Position numbers and translations under genes: made by a program
Part shown: in pieces, positions 33,035-42,463 of the stretch
Position numbering within the stretch: position 1 is the first letter of the stretch
Layout: each line of letters begins with the position of its first letter
DNA from: an uncultured Gammaproteobacteria bacterium
GTDB lineage: Bacteria > Pseudomonadota > Gammaproteobacteria > CAZDOC01
DNA: 64,000 nt
Direction of reading: 5' to 3'
Assembly: GCA_964506945.1 (NCBI GenBank)
Contig: CAZDOC010000007.1
Span: forward strand, 1,284 to 65,283
Notes under the pieces: generated by a model
The model's input: the letters and a program-made list of their open reading frames with translations, nothing else
What the model was told of the DNA's origin: nothing
The model's database searches: none

Positions 33035-35389
33035 ATGCACGACGTATACGAGGATATCCTCAGCAAGGCCGTATCGGATGGGCCGGTTTCCCATACGGAT
33101 GCCTTGCGCCTTGGCGAATGCCAGGACTTGCCGGCATTGATGCGGACTGCATCCCGCATCCGTGACCAGGGTCATGGCCCGATCGTGGGTTATTCCCCCA
33201 AGGTCTTCATTCCACTGACGAAGTTGTGTCGTGATGTCTGCCACTACTGTACCTTTGCCGAAGTGCCCGGAAGGGCGGGTCCCGCGTATCTGGATGCCGA
33301 TGAAGTCATGGCCATAGCCAGATCGGGTCTCGAGGCCGGATGTCACGAGGCCTTGTTCACCCTCGGCGACAAGCCGGAGTTGCGCTATGCGGCCGCGCGA
33401 CGCGAGTTGCGGGCACTGGGACACCGGACCACGCTTTCGTATCTGGCCGACATGGCCAGACTGGTGCTGAACGAGACCGGTCTGTTGCCCCATATCAATG
33501 CCGGGGTCATGGGCCGGGGGGATCTGCTCGCATTGAGAGCCGTTTCCCTGTCCCAGGGCCTGATGCTGGAAAACATCTCCTCGAGGCTATGCCTCAGGGG
33601 CGGCCCACATTTTGGATCCCCGGACAAGATCCCGGCGGCGCGTCTCAGTACCATCGCGGCTGCCGGTGGTGCTCGCGTGCCGTTCACCTCAGGGATCCTG
33701 ATAGGTATCGGGGAGACACGCAGAGAGCGTATCGAATCACTGCTGGCATTGCGGGATCTGAATGATACCGATGGCCATATCCAGGAGATCATCATCCAGA
33801 ATTTTCGCCGCAAGGCGGCGACTCTGATGCGGGATGCCCCGGAACCGGATATCGATGACATGCTCTGGACGGTTTGCATGGCGCGAATCATCTTCGGCGC
33901 GCGGATGAATATTCAGGTTCCACCCAACCTCATGCCTGAGGCCCTGCCGGCCCTCATCGATGCCGGTATCAATGACTGGGGCGGTATTTCACCGGTGACC
34001 CCGGATCATGTCAATCCCGAGGCGGCATGGCCACATCTGTCGCGACTGCGATCCGTCACTGAAGCCGCCGGAAAACAACTGACAGCCAGACTGCCGCTCT
34101 ATCCCTCCTATATCGAGCGTATGCACGAATGGGTGGACAGTGACCTTCATCGGCAGGTATTGCTGAGGATCGACGCCCTGGGTCATGCGCGTACCGATGA
34201 CTGGCATCCCGGAGATGGGCTGGCCGTCCCCCGGCTCAGACGACCCGGCGCGGTTACTGGCTCCGGCAGCAGACTCACTGGCGTGATCAGCAAGGCCATG
34301 GCGGGACAGAGGTTGAGCGAGGATGAGATCGTGGGGCTGTTCGCAAGCAGGGGGGGCGATCTCGAGGCGGTCTGCCGCGCCGCCGACGAGCTACGCATCG
34401 CTGTCAATGGCCAGGTCGTCAGTTATGTCGTCAATCGCAATATCAACTACACCAATATCTGTTATTTCGGTTGCCGGTTCTGCGCCTTCTCCAAGGGCCG
34501 GGTCAGCGAGAATCTGCGCGAACGCGGTTACAGGCTGGACCTGAAGGAGATCCAGAAACGTGTACTTGAGGCCTGGTCCGCCGGGGCAACGGAGGTCTGC
34601 CTGCAGGGGGGCATACACCCGGACTATACCGGTGAGACCTATCTCGCCATCGTCGATGCGATCAAGAAGGTACAGCCCAATATCCATGTGCATGCGTTCT
34701 CCCCCCTGGAGATCAGTCACGGCGCCGATACCCTGGGTCTGCCACTGAAGGCATATCTGCTGGAACTGCAGCAGGCGGGTCTGGCGAGTCTTCCCGGAAC
34801 GGCCGCGGAGATCCTGGACGACGAGGTTCGCGCCATCATATGCCCTGACAAACTGAATACCGGCGAATGGCTGAAGGTCATTAAAACGGCGCATGATATC
34901 GGCATGCCCACCACGGCGACGATCATGTTCGGGCATGTCGACACACCACGTCACTGGGCAAGGCATTTGTTGCTGATCCGTGATTTGCAGGCCGGGACCG
35001 GTGGCTTCACGGAGTTCGTGCCACTACCCTATATCCACATGCAGGCCCCGCTGAGTAAAAAGGGTCGTTCCAGGCCTGGCCCCACATACCGTGAGACGCT
35101 GTTGATGCATGCTGTCGCGCGTCTTGTCCTGCATACGGAAATCGGCAATATACAGGCGTCATGGGTGAAGCTGGGGCAGGAAGGGATCAAGGACTGCCTG
35201 GACGCCGGGGTAAACGATCTGGGTGGCACACTGATGAATGAGAGTATCAGTCGTGCGGCCGGTGCGGGTTTCGGGCAGGAATTCAGTGAAGCCGATCTCA
35301 GGTGTTTCATTCAGTCCTGTGGCAGGATGCCACAACAGCGGACGACACTTTATGGTGATGTGGCCGCCATAAGCAGTCGCAGTGCCTGA
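33035..35389 (+). CDS. fbiC: Bifunctional FO (7,8-didemethyl-8-hydroxy-5-deazariboflavin) synthase, CofG-CofH fusion
   Basis: CofG domain YSPKVFIPLTKLCRDVCHYC..QVPPNL..GINDWGGISP; CofH domain NRNINYTNICYFGCRFCAFSKG..EVCLQGG..TEFVPLP..GVNDLGGTLMNESISRAAG. Confidence 0.95.
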   Translation: MHDVYEDILSKAVSDGPVSHTDALRLGECQDLPALMRTASRIRDQGHGPIVGYSPKVFIPLTKLCRDVCHYCTFAEVPGRAGPAYLDADEVMAIARSGLEAGCHEALFTLGDKPELRYAAARRELRALGHRTTLSYLADMARLVLNETGLLPHINAGVMGRGDLLALRAVSLSQGLMLENISSRLCLRGGPHFGSPDKIPAARLSTIAAAGGARVPFTSGILIGIGETRRERIESLLALRDLNDTDGHIQEIIIQNFRRKAATLMRDAPEPDIDDMLWTVCMARIIFGARMNIQVPPNLMPEALPALIDAGINDWGGISPVTPDHVNPEAAWPHLSRLRSVTEAAGKQLTARLPLYPSYIERMHEWVDSDLHRQVLLRIDALGHARTDDWHPGDGLAVPRLRRPGAVTGSGSRLTGVISKAMAGQRLSEDEIVGLFASRGGDLEAVCRAADELRIAVNGQVVSYVVNRNINYTNICYFGCRFCAFSKGRVSENLRERGYRLDLKEIQKRVLEAWSAGATEVCLQGGIHPDYTGETYLAIVDAIKKVQPNIHVHAFSPLEISHGADTLGLPLKAYLLELQQAGLASLPGTAAEILDDEVRAIICPDKLNTGEWLKVIKTAHDIGMPTTATIMFGHVDTPRHWARHLLLIRDLQAGTGGFTEFVPLPYIHMQAPLSKKGRSRPGPTYRETLLMHAVARLVLHTEIGNIQASWVKLGQEGIKDCLDAGVNDLGGTLMNESISRAAGAGFGQEFSEADLRCFIQSCGRMPQQRTTLYGDVAAISSRSA

Positions 35390-35446
35390 GTTTGCCGGCG
35401 TGATGAGCGTGGCGATCTCTGGTCGGGCATACAGGAGGTGTTATTG

Positions 35447-36262
35447 ATGACAGCACATGAATTGCATGAGTCCCTGTCGGCCGCAAAGGTTTATGACCTC
35501 GGTCAGCCCTACTGGAATACCATGCCGGTGCATCCCTTCGATCCACCGTTCCAGTCTTATCTCTATCGTTACCATGAATACGTGCGCAAGTCCTTCGATG
35601 AACTGGGCATAGAGCCCGGCTTCTCCGACGCCATCAGTATCATGATCACCTCGAATCATTCAGGCACACATTTCGATCTGCCGATTCACATGTCACAGGA
35701 CAACAAGGTCCAGGGGATCGATGTTACTCCCTATCAGCGGGATACCGGCTTCAAGGACCTGCCGCAACCCCTGCACAGTCTCGAAGCCGTCCCCCCTCTC
35801 ATCCTGCGTACCGTATTGCTGGATATTCCGGCCTACAAGGGGGTAGATATACTGGCCGAACGCTATCCGATTACCGCGCAAGACCTCGAAGGGGCATTGG
35901 CGCGGGAAGAACTGTCCATCAATGAGGGCGATTGCATCCTGATCCGTACCGGCTATGGACGGTATTTCGAGACGGACAGGCAGACCTATCTGAATCGATG
36001 GGCCGGACTGACGGATGCGGCGGCCCATTGGCTCGCCGATCGGAACCCCCGCCTCGTAGGCATGGATAACCTGTCCCTGGGTGTTCCTGAGCCATTTTCA
36101 TGCCATCGCATCCTGCTGGTCGAACAGGGAATATACCTGATGAAGAGCCTGGCACTGGAGGAGATATGCCATGACGAACAATATCTGTCCACGGTGATCG
36201 TGTTGCCGCTGAAGATAAAAGGGGGGGAGGCTTCGCTGGTGCGGCCCATGGCGTTGGCATGA
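35447..36262 (+). CDS. Cyclase family hydrolase (kynurenine formamidase/isatin hydrolase-like)
   Basis: HSGTHFDLPIH, LIRTGY, LVGMDN, PLKIKGGEASLVRP. ATG at 35447 follows an AGGAGG RBS. Confidence 0.88.
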   Translation: MTAHELHESLSAAKVYDLGQPYWNTMPVHPFDPPFQSYLYRYHEYVRKSFDELGIEPGFSDAISIMITSNHSGTHFDLPIHMSQDNKVQGIDVTPYQRDTGFKDLPQPLHSLEAVPPLILRTVLLDIPAYKGVDILAERYPITAQDLEGALAREELSINEGDCILIRTGYGRYFETDRQTYLNRWAGLTDAAAHWLADRNPRLVGMDNLSLGVPEPFSCHRILLVEQGIYLMKSLALEEICHDEQYLSTVIVLPLKIKGGEASLVRPMALA

Positions 36263-36356
36263 ACCGCGTGAAAGTATCCCTTTGACAGGTCGGGGATCCG
36301 GGTGGATGCGGGGATCACCATCCTTGCCCGGGTCCTGAAGAGAACAGATCAAGCCT

Positions 36357-37553
36357 ATGAGATATAACATACCTAGAGAGAAAGTCTGGACCAGTTCCAT
36401 CAATGAAAGGCCTGATATCCAGGCCTGCTTCGATCATGAAAAGCCCATTCGTTTCTACGATACCACGCTCAGGGATGGTGAGCAGTCAGTCGGGGTGTGC
36501 TTCAGTCCGGAACAAAAGTTCGAGATTGCCTGCATGCTTTCCGAGTTGGGTGTCGGCCGTATTGAATCGGGCTTTCCACAGGTATCTGAGGCAGATAACG
36601 AGGCGGTGAAGCGCATTCTTGCGGCAGGACTCGATGCGGAGATATGGGGTTTTTCCCGTTGTGTGCAGTCTGACATCGATGCCCATGTCGAGCTGGGCAC
36701 CGAGAACATATTGATGGAGATCTCGACCAGCGAGATCAAGATGAAGGCTTACGGATTCGATCGGCCCAAGGTCATGGAGCGCGTCTGCGCCTCGATTGAG
36801 CATGCCCGCTCCAACGGCATCGGCAAGATCAATTTCTTCGCGGTAGACGCCACCCGCTCGGATCCGGGGTTCCTGAAGGAGATATATACTGCCGCGATCT
36901 CGGCCGGTGCGGATGAGATCTCCGTGGTCGATACCATCGGCGCCTGTGCCCCCGAGGCAGTGGAGTGGCTGATCAGGGAGGTGAAATCCTGGATTGGAGA
37001 TACCCCGCTGCATTGGCATGGGCACAACGATTTTGGTCTCGCGACGGCCTCGGCGATTGCCGCGGTACGGGCTGGCGCGGACTGGATCCAGGGGACCATC
37101 AACGGCATGGGTGAACGTGCCGGCAATGCCGATATCGCCGAGGTGGCGCTGGCACTGCAGTGTCTCTACCACGTGCCCGCGGAGCTGGACCTGGGCCGGG
37201 CGCGAGCCGTCTCAAAATATGTCCAGCAAGCCGGCGCCTATACTGTCGATGGCTGGAAACCGGTGGTCGGTGAATATCTCTATACCCGCGAGAGCGGCGC
37301 GGTCGCCACGCAGTTCCACCTTCCCGAGGCGATAGAGCCCTATGCCGCGGATATCGTTGCTGCTCCACGCAGGATCGTGCTGGGCAAGAAAAGTGGCCTG
37401 GCGAGCCTGGACCTGAAGGCCAGGGAACTGGGTATCGATATCCCGAAGGCACAGCGCGATGCGGTTCTCGCCGAGGTCAAGGCCCTCTCAGTGGAGAAAT
37501 CAGGTCTGGTCTCGGATGATGAATTCATCACCATCGTCAGCCATCATGGATGA
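36357..37553 (+). CDS. Homocitrate/isopropylmalate synthase-like DRE-TIM enzyme without a LeuA regulatory domain
   Basis: DTTLRDGEQ, HWHGHNDFGLA, INGMGERAGNA; 398 aa. Confidence 0.88.
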   Translation: MRYNIPREKVWTSSINERPDIQACFDHEKPIRFYDTTLRDGEQSVGVCFSPEQKFEIACMLSELGVGRIESGFPQVSEADNEAVKRILAAGLDAEIWGFSRCVQSDIDAHVELGTENILMEISTSEIKMKAYGFDRPKVMERVCASIEHARSNGIGKINFFAVDATRSDPGFLKEIYTAAISAGADEISVVDTIGACAPEAVEWLIREVKSWIGDTPLHWHGHNDFGLATASAIAAVRAGADWIQGTINGMGERAGNADIAEVALALQCLYHVPAELDLGRARAVSKYVQQAGAYTVDGWKPVVGEYLYTRESGAVATQFHLPEAIEPYAADIVAAPRRIVLGKKSGLASLDLKARELGIDIPKAQRDAVLAEVKALSVEKSGLVSDDEFITIVSHHG

Positions 37554-37568
37554 CTCCGGTTATGGACC

Positions 37569-38522
37569 ATGAAGCAGATTGAAAGTGTGTGTATCGTCGG
37601 CGCCGGCACCATCGGCAGTCTTTTCGCCGGGCATCTTGGAACGGTCGTTGATACGAAGGTGCTGACGCGGAGGGAGGCGCATGCCCGGACCCTGAATGAA
37701 TGCGGTCTGCGGATCAGCGGCAAATCCGATCTGCTGGCGATGGTGACGGCATCGACGAAGGCCACCGATTTGGGAGATCCCGATCTGGTGATCATCGCCA
37801 CCAAGGCGCTGGCGGTGGAAACCAGTGCCAGGAACATACAGGGCCACTTTCCTGATGCGCATGTATTGATGGTGCAGAATGGCCTGGGCTGCGAGGAGAT
37901 CGTGAAGCAATATGGTGACTGGCCCATTATCTCGGGGGTCACCTTCATGAGCGGTACGCGGCATTCGGACGCGCATGTGGAGTATGAACTCGATACCGCC
38001 ACATGGATAGGTCCCTGGGCGCAGAGCAATGCCAGTTTCGAGTCGGTCAAGCAGGTGGCGGCGTTGCTGGAACACGCCGGCCTGAAGGCCGAGGCCTATG
38101 CCGATCTGTTGCCGCATCAATGGTCCAAGCTCATCTTCAATTCCGCCATCAACAGCATTGCGGCCATAACCGATCTGCCACATGTAAAGGCCTTCGCCAG
38201 GCAAGCCGCGATCGATGATCTGGGTCATCTGGTTCATGCCATGATGGATGAGGCCAAGGCTATTGCCGCGGCACGAGGCGTCACGCTTGCGGATGATCCC
38301 TGGGAGATGAATGTGAAGGCCGTGGGGCAGGGCATGACCGGTGGCGATGCCTACGCCCATGTGCCATCGATGCTCGATGATATACAAAACCGGCGCCTGA
38401 CGGAGATCGACTGGATCACCGGGGCGATCGTGCGCGAGGCCATCAAGGCGGGGATCCCGGCGCCCTATCATGAGACGCTTTACCGGCTGGTGAAGGCGCG
38501 GGAGTCGAGCTGGAGGGCCTGA
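37569..38522 (+). CDS. Ketopantoate reductase (PanE/ApbA) family oxidoreductase 1
   Basis: GAGTIGS, IATKA, QNGLG, WSKLIFNSAIN, SMLDDI, TEIDWITG. Confidence 0.88.
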   Translation: MKQIESVCIVGAGTIGSLFAGHLGTVVDTKVLTRREAHARTLNECGLRISGKSDLLAMVTASTKATDLGDPDLVIIATKALAVETSARNIQGHFPDAHVLMVQNGLGCEEIVKQYGDWPIISGVTFMSGTRHSDAHVEYELDTATWIGPWAQSNASFESVKQVAALLEHAGLKAEAYADLLPHQWSKLIFNSAINSIAAITDLPHVKAFARQAAIDDLGHLVHAMMDEAKAIAAARGVTLADDPWEMNVKAVGQGMTGGDAYAHVPSMLDDIQNRRLTEIDWITGAIVREAIKAGIPAPYHETLYRLVKARESSWRA

Positions 38523-38631
38523 AAGTATTGTGATCATCCCGGACCTTCCTGTGATACAGGGAGGTGTCGCCAGAATCGACCACATGAGTGACCGATCTTG
38601 CGAGACCACCGGGAACCGCGTTTTCGGTGCG

Positions 38632-38691
38632 CATCCCTGGTTGAACAGGGATGGATTGTTCAGGGTTTGCTGTACTGTGTTTGCTGTACTG
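38632..38691. repeat. Inverted repeat plus tandem 13-bp direct repeat upstream of the second PanE-like gene
   Basis: CATCCCTG-gttgaa-CAGGGATG (38632-38653); GTTTGCTGTACTG at 38665-38677 and 38679-38691. Confidence 0.7.
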
Positions 38692-38778
38692 GGTTTCCAA
38701 AAGATTTTCCATGATCAGGCCATGTCCGGTTATGCGGGTGGGGGTCATGGACTCACGACAACAGAGGACTTTTAGCCA

Positions 38779-39726
38779 ATGAGGATCTGCATTATCGGCT
38801 GTGGCGCGATCGGCAGTCTGTACGCCGCGCACCTTGGCACCCTGGATGACGTGGAGGTCTGGGCCTACGATCTCAACAAGGACCACGTCGATGCCATCAA
38901 CGAAAATGGCCTGCGTCTGACGGGACTCAGCGATATCGTCGCCCCGGTCCAGGCACGTTGTGATGCCGCCGACATACCTCCCTGTGATTTCGGCATCATC
39001 GCCACCAAGAGCATGTTCACGCGCCCGGCAATGGAGGCGAGCGCGCGGATCTTCACTGATGGTGCCGTGTGCTCCGTCCAGAATGGAATAGGCAATGAAG
39101 AGGTCGTGGCCGAATATGTCCCCCGGGTCATACAGGGCACGATCTTCCCGGCCGGCCATATCACCGCCCCGGGTGTCGTCAACCAGGATGCCGCCGGTAA
39201 CACCTGGATCGGGCCGTTCGCCCCCAAGCCGGCCAGCATGCAGGAGGTCGAGCAACTGGCGGATGCCATACTCCGCAGCGGCATGGATTGCCAGGCCATG
39301 GAAGACGCTCGTGGCGCCCAGTGGACCAAACTGATATTCAATGCCGCTTCCAATGCCATGGGGGCCCTGACCCGCCTGCCTCATGGTGTCGCCTGTGATC
39401 AACCCGCTGTACGCAAGCTCATGTCCGGGCTGGTAAGGGAAGGCGTGGCCGTGGCGGATGCCCTGGGGATCACCCTGGACTCCGATCCCGAGGCCTTGCT
39501 GGACTATGGCAGGGAGAAGGCCTACTACCATCCCCCCAGCATGCTGCAGGATGTCCTGGCGCATAGAAATACCGAGGTCGATGCACTCAATGGCGGCATC
39601 GTCCGCCTGGGCAAGGAACTCGGCATACCCTGTCCACTGAACGAGGCCTGTACCGCCATCATCAAGGGTCTGGAATATTCCTGGGTCATGGAAATACCGG
39701 AAGACACCCAGACGGCCCATCGCTGA
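38779..39726 (+). CDS. Ketopantoate reductase (PanE/ApbA) family oxidoreductase 2
   Basis: GCGAIGS, IATKS, QNGIG, WTKLIFNAASN, PSMLQDV, TEVDALNG. Confidence 0.88.
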   Translation: MRICIIGCGAIGSLYAAHLGTLDDVEVWAYDLNKDHVDAINENGLRLTGLSDIVAPVQARCDAADIPPCDFGIIATKSMFTRPAMEASARIFTDGAVCSVQNGIGNEEVVAEYVPRVIQGTIFPAGHITAPGVVNQDAAGNTWIGPFAPKPASMQEVEQLADAILRSGMDCQAMEDARGAQWTKLIFNAASNAMGALTRLPHGVACDQPAVRKLMSGLVREGVAVADALGITLDSDPEALLDYGREKAYYHPPSMLQDVLAHRNTEVDALNGGIVRLGKELGIPCPLNEACTAIIKGLEYSWVMEIPEDTQTAHR

Positions 39727-39839
39727 CAGGTTCACAGCCCGCTCAACGGTTGGAGAAACAGGATCGACGAATCGTGACAGTCGAATATCTTACGATCCTC
39801 GCAATGGCGAGGGCTCCATGCACAGACGAAGGATGACCC

Positions 39840-40994
39840 ATGAGTGAATATATCAACCGTTTCCGGCCCAGCCAGGCTGAAATCGATCGCCGCTATGCCA
39901 ATACCCGCATGGCAATGGAACAGGCCGGACTCGATGCCTTGATCATCAGTGGCAGTGAATACAGTGGCTTCGAGGGTGCGGTCCGCTACATGTGCGGCTT
40001 TCTTGTCCTGCATCGTTATGCCTATGTCGTCATCCCGCTGGAAGGCGAGCCGGTGTGTGTGTTTCCGCGCGAGGCAACCTGGGTCGGCGATCACAGCGCC
40101 ACGTTTATCGAACGCAGGGAGTTTCCCGCCCATTGTGGTGAATGGATGGCTGGCTTCCTGAAAGAGAGGAAGATCAAACGGCTGGGGATCTACGGGCTGG
40201 AATACATCATCAATGTGCGTGACTATCGGGCCCTCGCGGCATGCGATTTCGAACTGATCGATTTTGAACGGCAATTCGATTATTCACGGGCGCAAAAAAG
40301 CGAGGAAGAACTCCGCTCGGTGCGGCATTCCATGGAGATCAACAAGGAAGGGGTCCTCGCGGTCATACGCTCATACCAGGCCGGCAGGACCGAGGCCGAG
40401 CTGATGGGGCTGGCGGAAGATGTCTTCGCACGCAGGGGATGTGCCAGGAACACCATGGACATGGTGCAGATGGGTCCGAACGGCTCCCTGGAGCCACAGA
40501 TGGTGTTTCCCAGTCAGAGACCCCTGCGTGACACGGATGGCATGATGTACGGGCTGGAAATTGCGGGAGAAGGGGGCCACTGGGTAGAATTCTCCCGGCC
40601 GCTGATGCCGGGAGGTATGGACCCCGTTACCCGGGAGATGATGTCCGCCTACCAGGAATTCCACGAACTGGCCAGGGAATACATGAAGGCGGGCAACCGT
40701 GTGGAAGACGTCGTCAATGCGTGCATGAAGCCGATCTACGACAGGGGTTACCGCTCGGGACATGTCTGCGGCCATTCCATCGGCATGACCATGATCGAGA
40801 TGCCCCGTATCGGTGAGGGTTTCGACTTCGTGCTGCCGGAGAATATGGTCTGTTCCATGCACCCGCATTTCATGAACCAGGAACGCACCCATTCCCTGTA
40901 TTTCCAGGAGACCTATCGTGTGGGCAAGGACGCCGGGGAACCCCTGTCAGGGGTGCCCATCAAGGCCTACGAAGGTGGAGAGACCCAGCTTTGA
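39840..40994 (+). CDS. M24 (creatinase/Xaa-Pro aminopeptidase fold) hydrolase
   Basis: N-terminal EIDRRY..AGLDALII domain, KSEEEL, GHVCGHSIG, LPENMVCSMHP, QETY. The 3' end overlaps the convergent MFS gene by 35 bp. Confidence 0.82.
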   Translation: MSEYINRFRPSQAEIDRRYANTRMAMEQAGLDALIISGSEYSGFEGAVRYMCGFLVLHRYAYVVIPLEGEPVCVFPREATWVGDHSATFIERREFPAHCGEWMAGFLKERKIKRLGIYGLEYIINVRDYRALAACDFELIDFERQFDYSRAQKSEEELRSVRHSMEINKEGVLAVIRSYQAGRTEAELMGLAEDVFARRGCARNTMDMVQMGPNGSLEPQMVFPSQRPLRDTDGMMYGLEIAGEGGHWVEFSRPLMPGGMDPVTREMMSAYQEFHELAREYMKAGNRVEDVVNACMKPIYDRGYRSGHVCGHSIGMTMIEMPRIGEGFDFVLPENMVCSMHPHFMNQERTHSLYFQETYRVGKDAGEPLSGVPIKAYEGGETQL

Positions 40995-42261
40995 GATGTT
41001 GTCGGCCGTTCACCTGTCGTAGTAATGGATAAGGGCCAAGCAGGGTGATCAGCATGGTGCCGATGACCGCGATGGCGGTCAATATCCAGAGCGCGCCGAT
41101 ATAGTTTCCCATATGGTCATAATAGATGCCGAGTATCGGCGGGCCGAAGGCCGAGCCGATCTGGAAGGCGGCGAACATGGTCCCATAGATCTGGCAAAAT
41201 GAACGAAGGCCAAAATAGCGGCTGCACAGGTAGGCAATTTCACTGATTTCCGATCCCGTGGCCAGGCCGACGAAGATCGCGGCGACGACGACCAGCTTGC
41301 CGGATGTGCCAAGCGCCAGGATGACGATGCCGGTGATCAGGAACAGCAGGAAGAATGCCGTGACATACGGGGCAAAGAAGTGATCCATCAGCAGCCCGCC
41401 CAGGATGCGCCCGGTGACCAGTCCCACACCCAGCAAGGACATGCACAGGGCGGCCTTGTCCGGGCTGATGCCACGGTCTGTCAGCATCGGCACCAGGTGC
41501 GCAAGGATACTGGTAATGGCGATGCCGACCAGCAGGAATGAGGTGAAGATCAGCCAGAAGCTTTTCGTCCTGAGGGCCTCCCGGGCAAGCAGGCCGGACG
41601 CGGATGAGGGCGCCGGCGATGCGATATTCGCCGGCATGTCTTCCAGGCCATCCGCCTGCAGGCCCATATCCCGGGGTCTTTCCCTGAACAGGAACAGGGT
41701 CATGGGCAGGGAGACACACAGGACCGTCAGGGCGAAACCGACATAGGCGGAGCGCCAGCCATAATGCTCGATCATGAACTGGGCAAAGGCCGGCACGAGG
41801 GTGGCGCCCACGCCAAAGCCGGACAGTGCGATACCCAGCGCCAGACCACGCCTGCGGTTGAACCAGTTGATGATCACCCGGGAGTAACTCTGTGGCAGGG
41901 TTCCGGCACCCAGGATCGGGATCAGCAGGAACATGGCATAGAATTGCCAGATATTGCCCGTCAGCAGGGCCATTGATGCCACCGTCAGGGCCATCATGAC
42001 GATCGAGGGGATGATGACGCGTCGCACCCCCAGCCTGTCGATCAGCAGCCCGATGCCTGGCGAGACAATGACCACCGCGATATTGGTCATGGTCAGCGCG
42101 AATGACATCTCACCGCGCTGCCAGCCAAATTCACTTTCCAGCGGTCTGACGAAGGTTCCAAAGGCGAAGACGGTGAACATGGCATAGCTGAGTGCCATGC
42201 CCACGAATGAAGTGAGTACGTTCCACCAGCCGAAAAATATGGGTCGTCCTGAATGTGGCAT
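40960..42261 (-). CDS. MFS transporter
   Basis: About 12 TM segments; GLLIDRLGVRR, WFNRRRGLALG, GRILGGLLMD. Confidence 0.9.
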   Translation of the reverse strand: MPHSGRPIFFGWWNVLTSFVGMALSYAMFTVFAFGTFVRPLESEFGWQRGEMSFALTMTNIAVVIVSPGIGLLIDRLGVRRVIIPSIVMMALTVASMALLTGNIWQFYAMFLLIPILGAGTLPQSYSRVIINWFNRRRGLALGIALSGFGVGATLVPAFAQFMIEHYGWRSAYVGFALTVLCVSLPMTLFLFRERPRDMGLQADGLEDMPANIASPAPSSASGLLAREALRTKSFWLIFTSFLLVGIAITSILAHLVPMLTDRGISPDKAALCMSLLGVGLVTGRILGGLLMDHFFAPYVTAFFLLFLITGIVILALGTSGKLVVVAAIFVGLATGSEISEIAYLCSRYFGLRSFCQIYGTMFAAFQIGSAFGPPILGIYYDHMGNYIGALWILTAIAVIGTMLITLLGPYPLLRQVNGRQHLKAGSLHLRRP

Positions 42262-42463
42262 GATGCCCCGTTTTTGTTATGCACCCACAGTCAACTGATC
42301 CGACATCCAAGGTCAAGCAGAAGCGGCCTGCCCATACTAGGATATGGATAAGGATTCTACTACGCCATCCTGACCCGGGACCAGATCCGGACGGAGTCCG
42401 GCAGCCTTGCGAGCGCCTGCTGGAACAGGTGACGACGAACAGTTTGCGACACGGAACATGACC

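Noticed and set aside
31547-33493. 648-aa minus-strand ORF (also 9791-11353, 7038-8144, 60485-61693 and similar)
   Set aside because: Antisense shadows of real genes (M20, pntB, serS, ETF-QO) with no recognisable domains.
36357-37553. nifV or leuA assignment
   Set aside because: No nif or leu genes are nearby and there is no LeuA regulatory domain; only the family can be supported.
37569-39726. panE (pantothenate biosynthesis) gene symbol
   Set aside because: Two divergent paralogs in an accessory operon without panB/panC; the substrate is uncertain.
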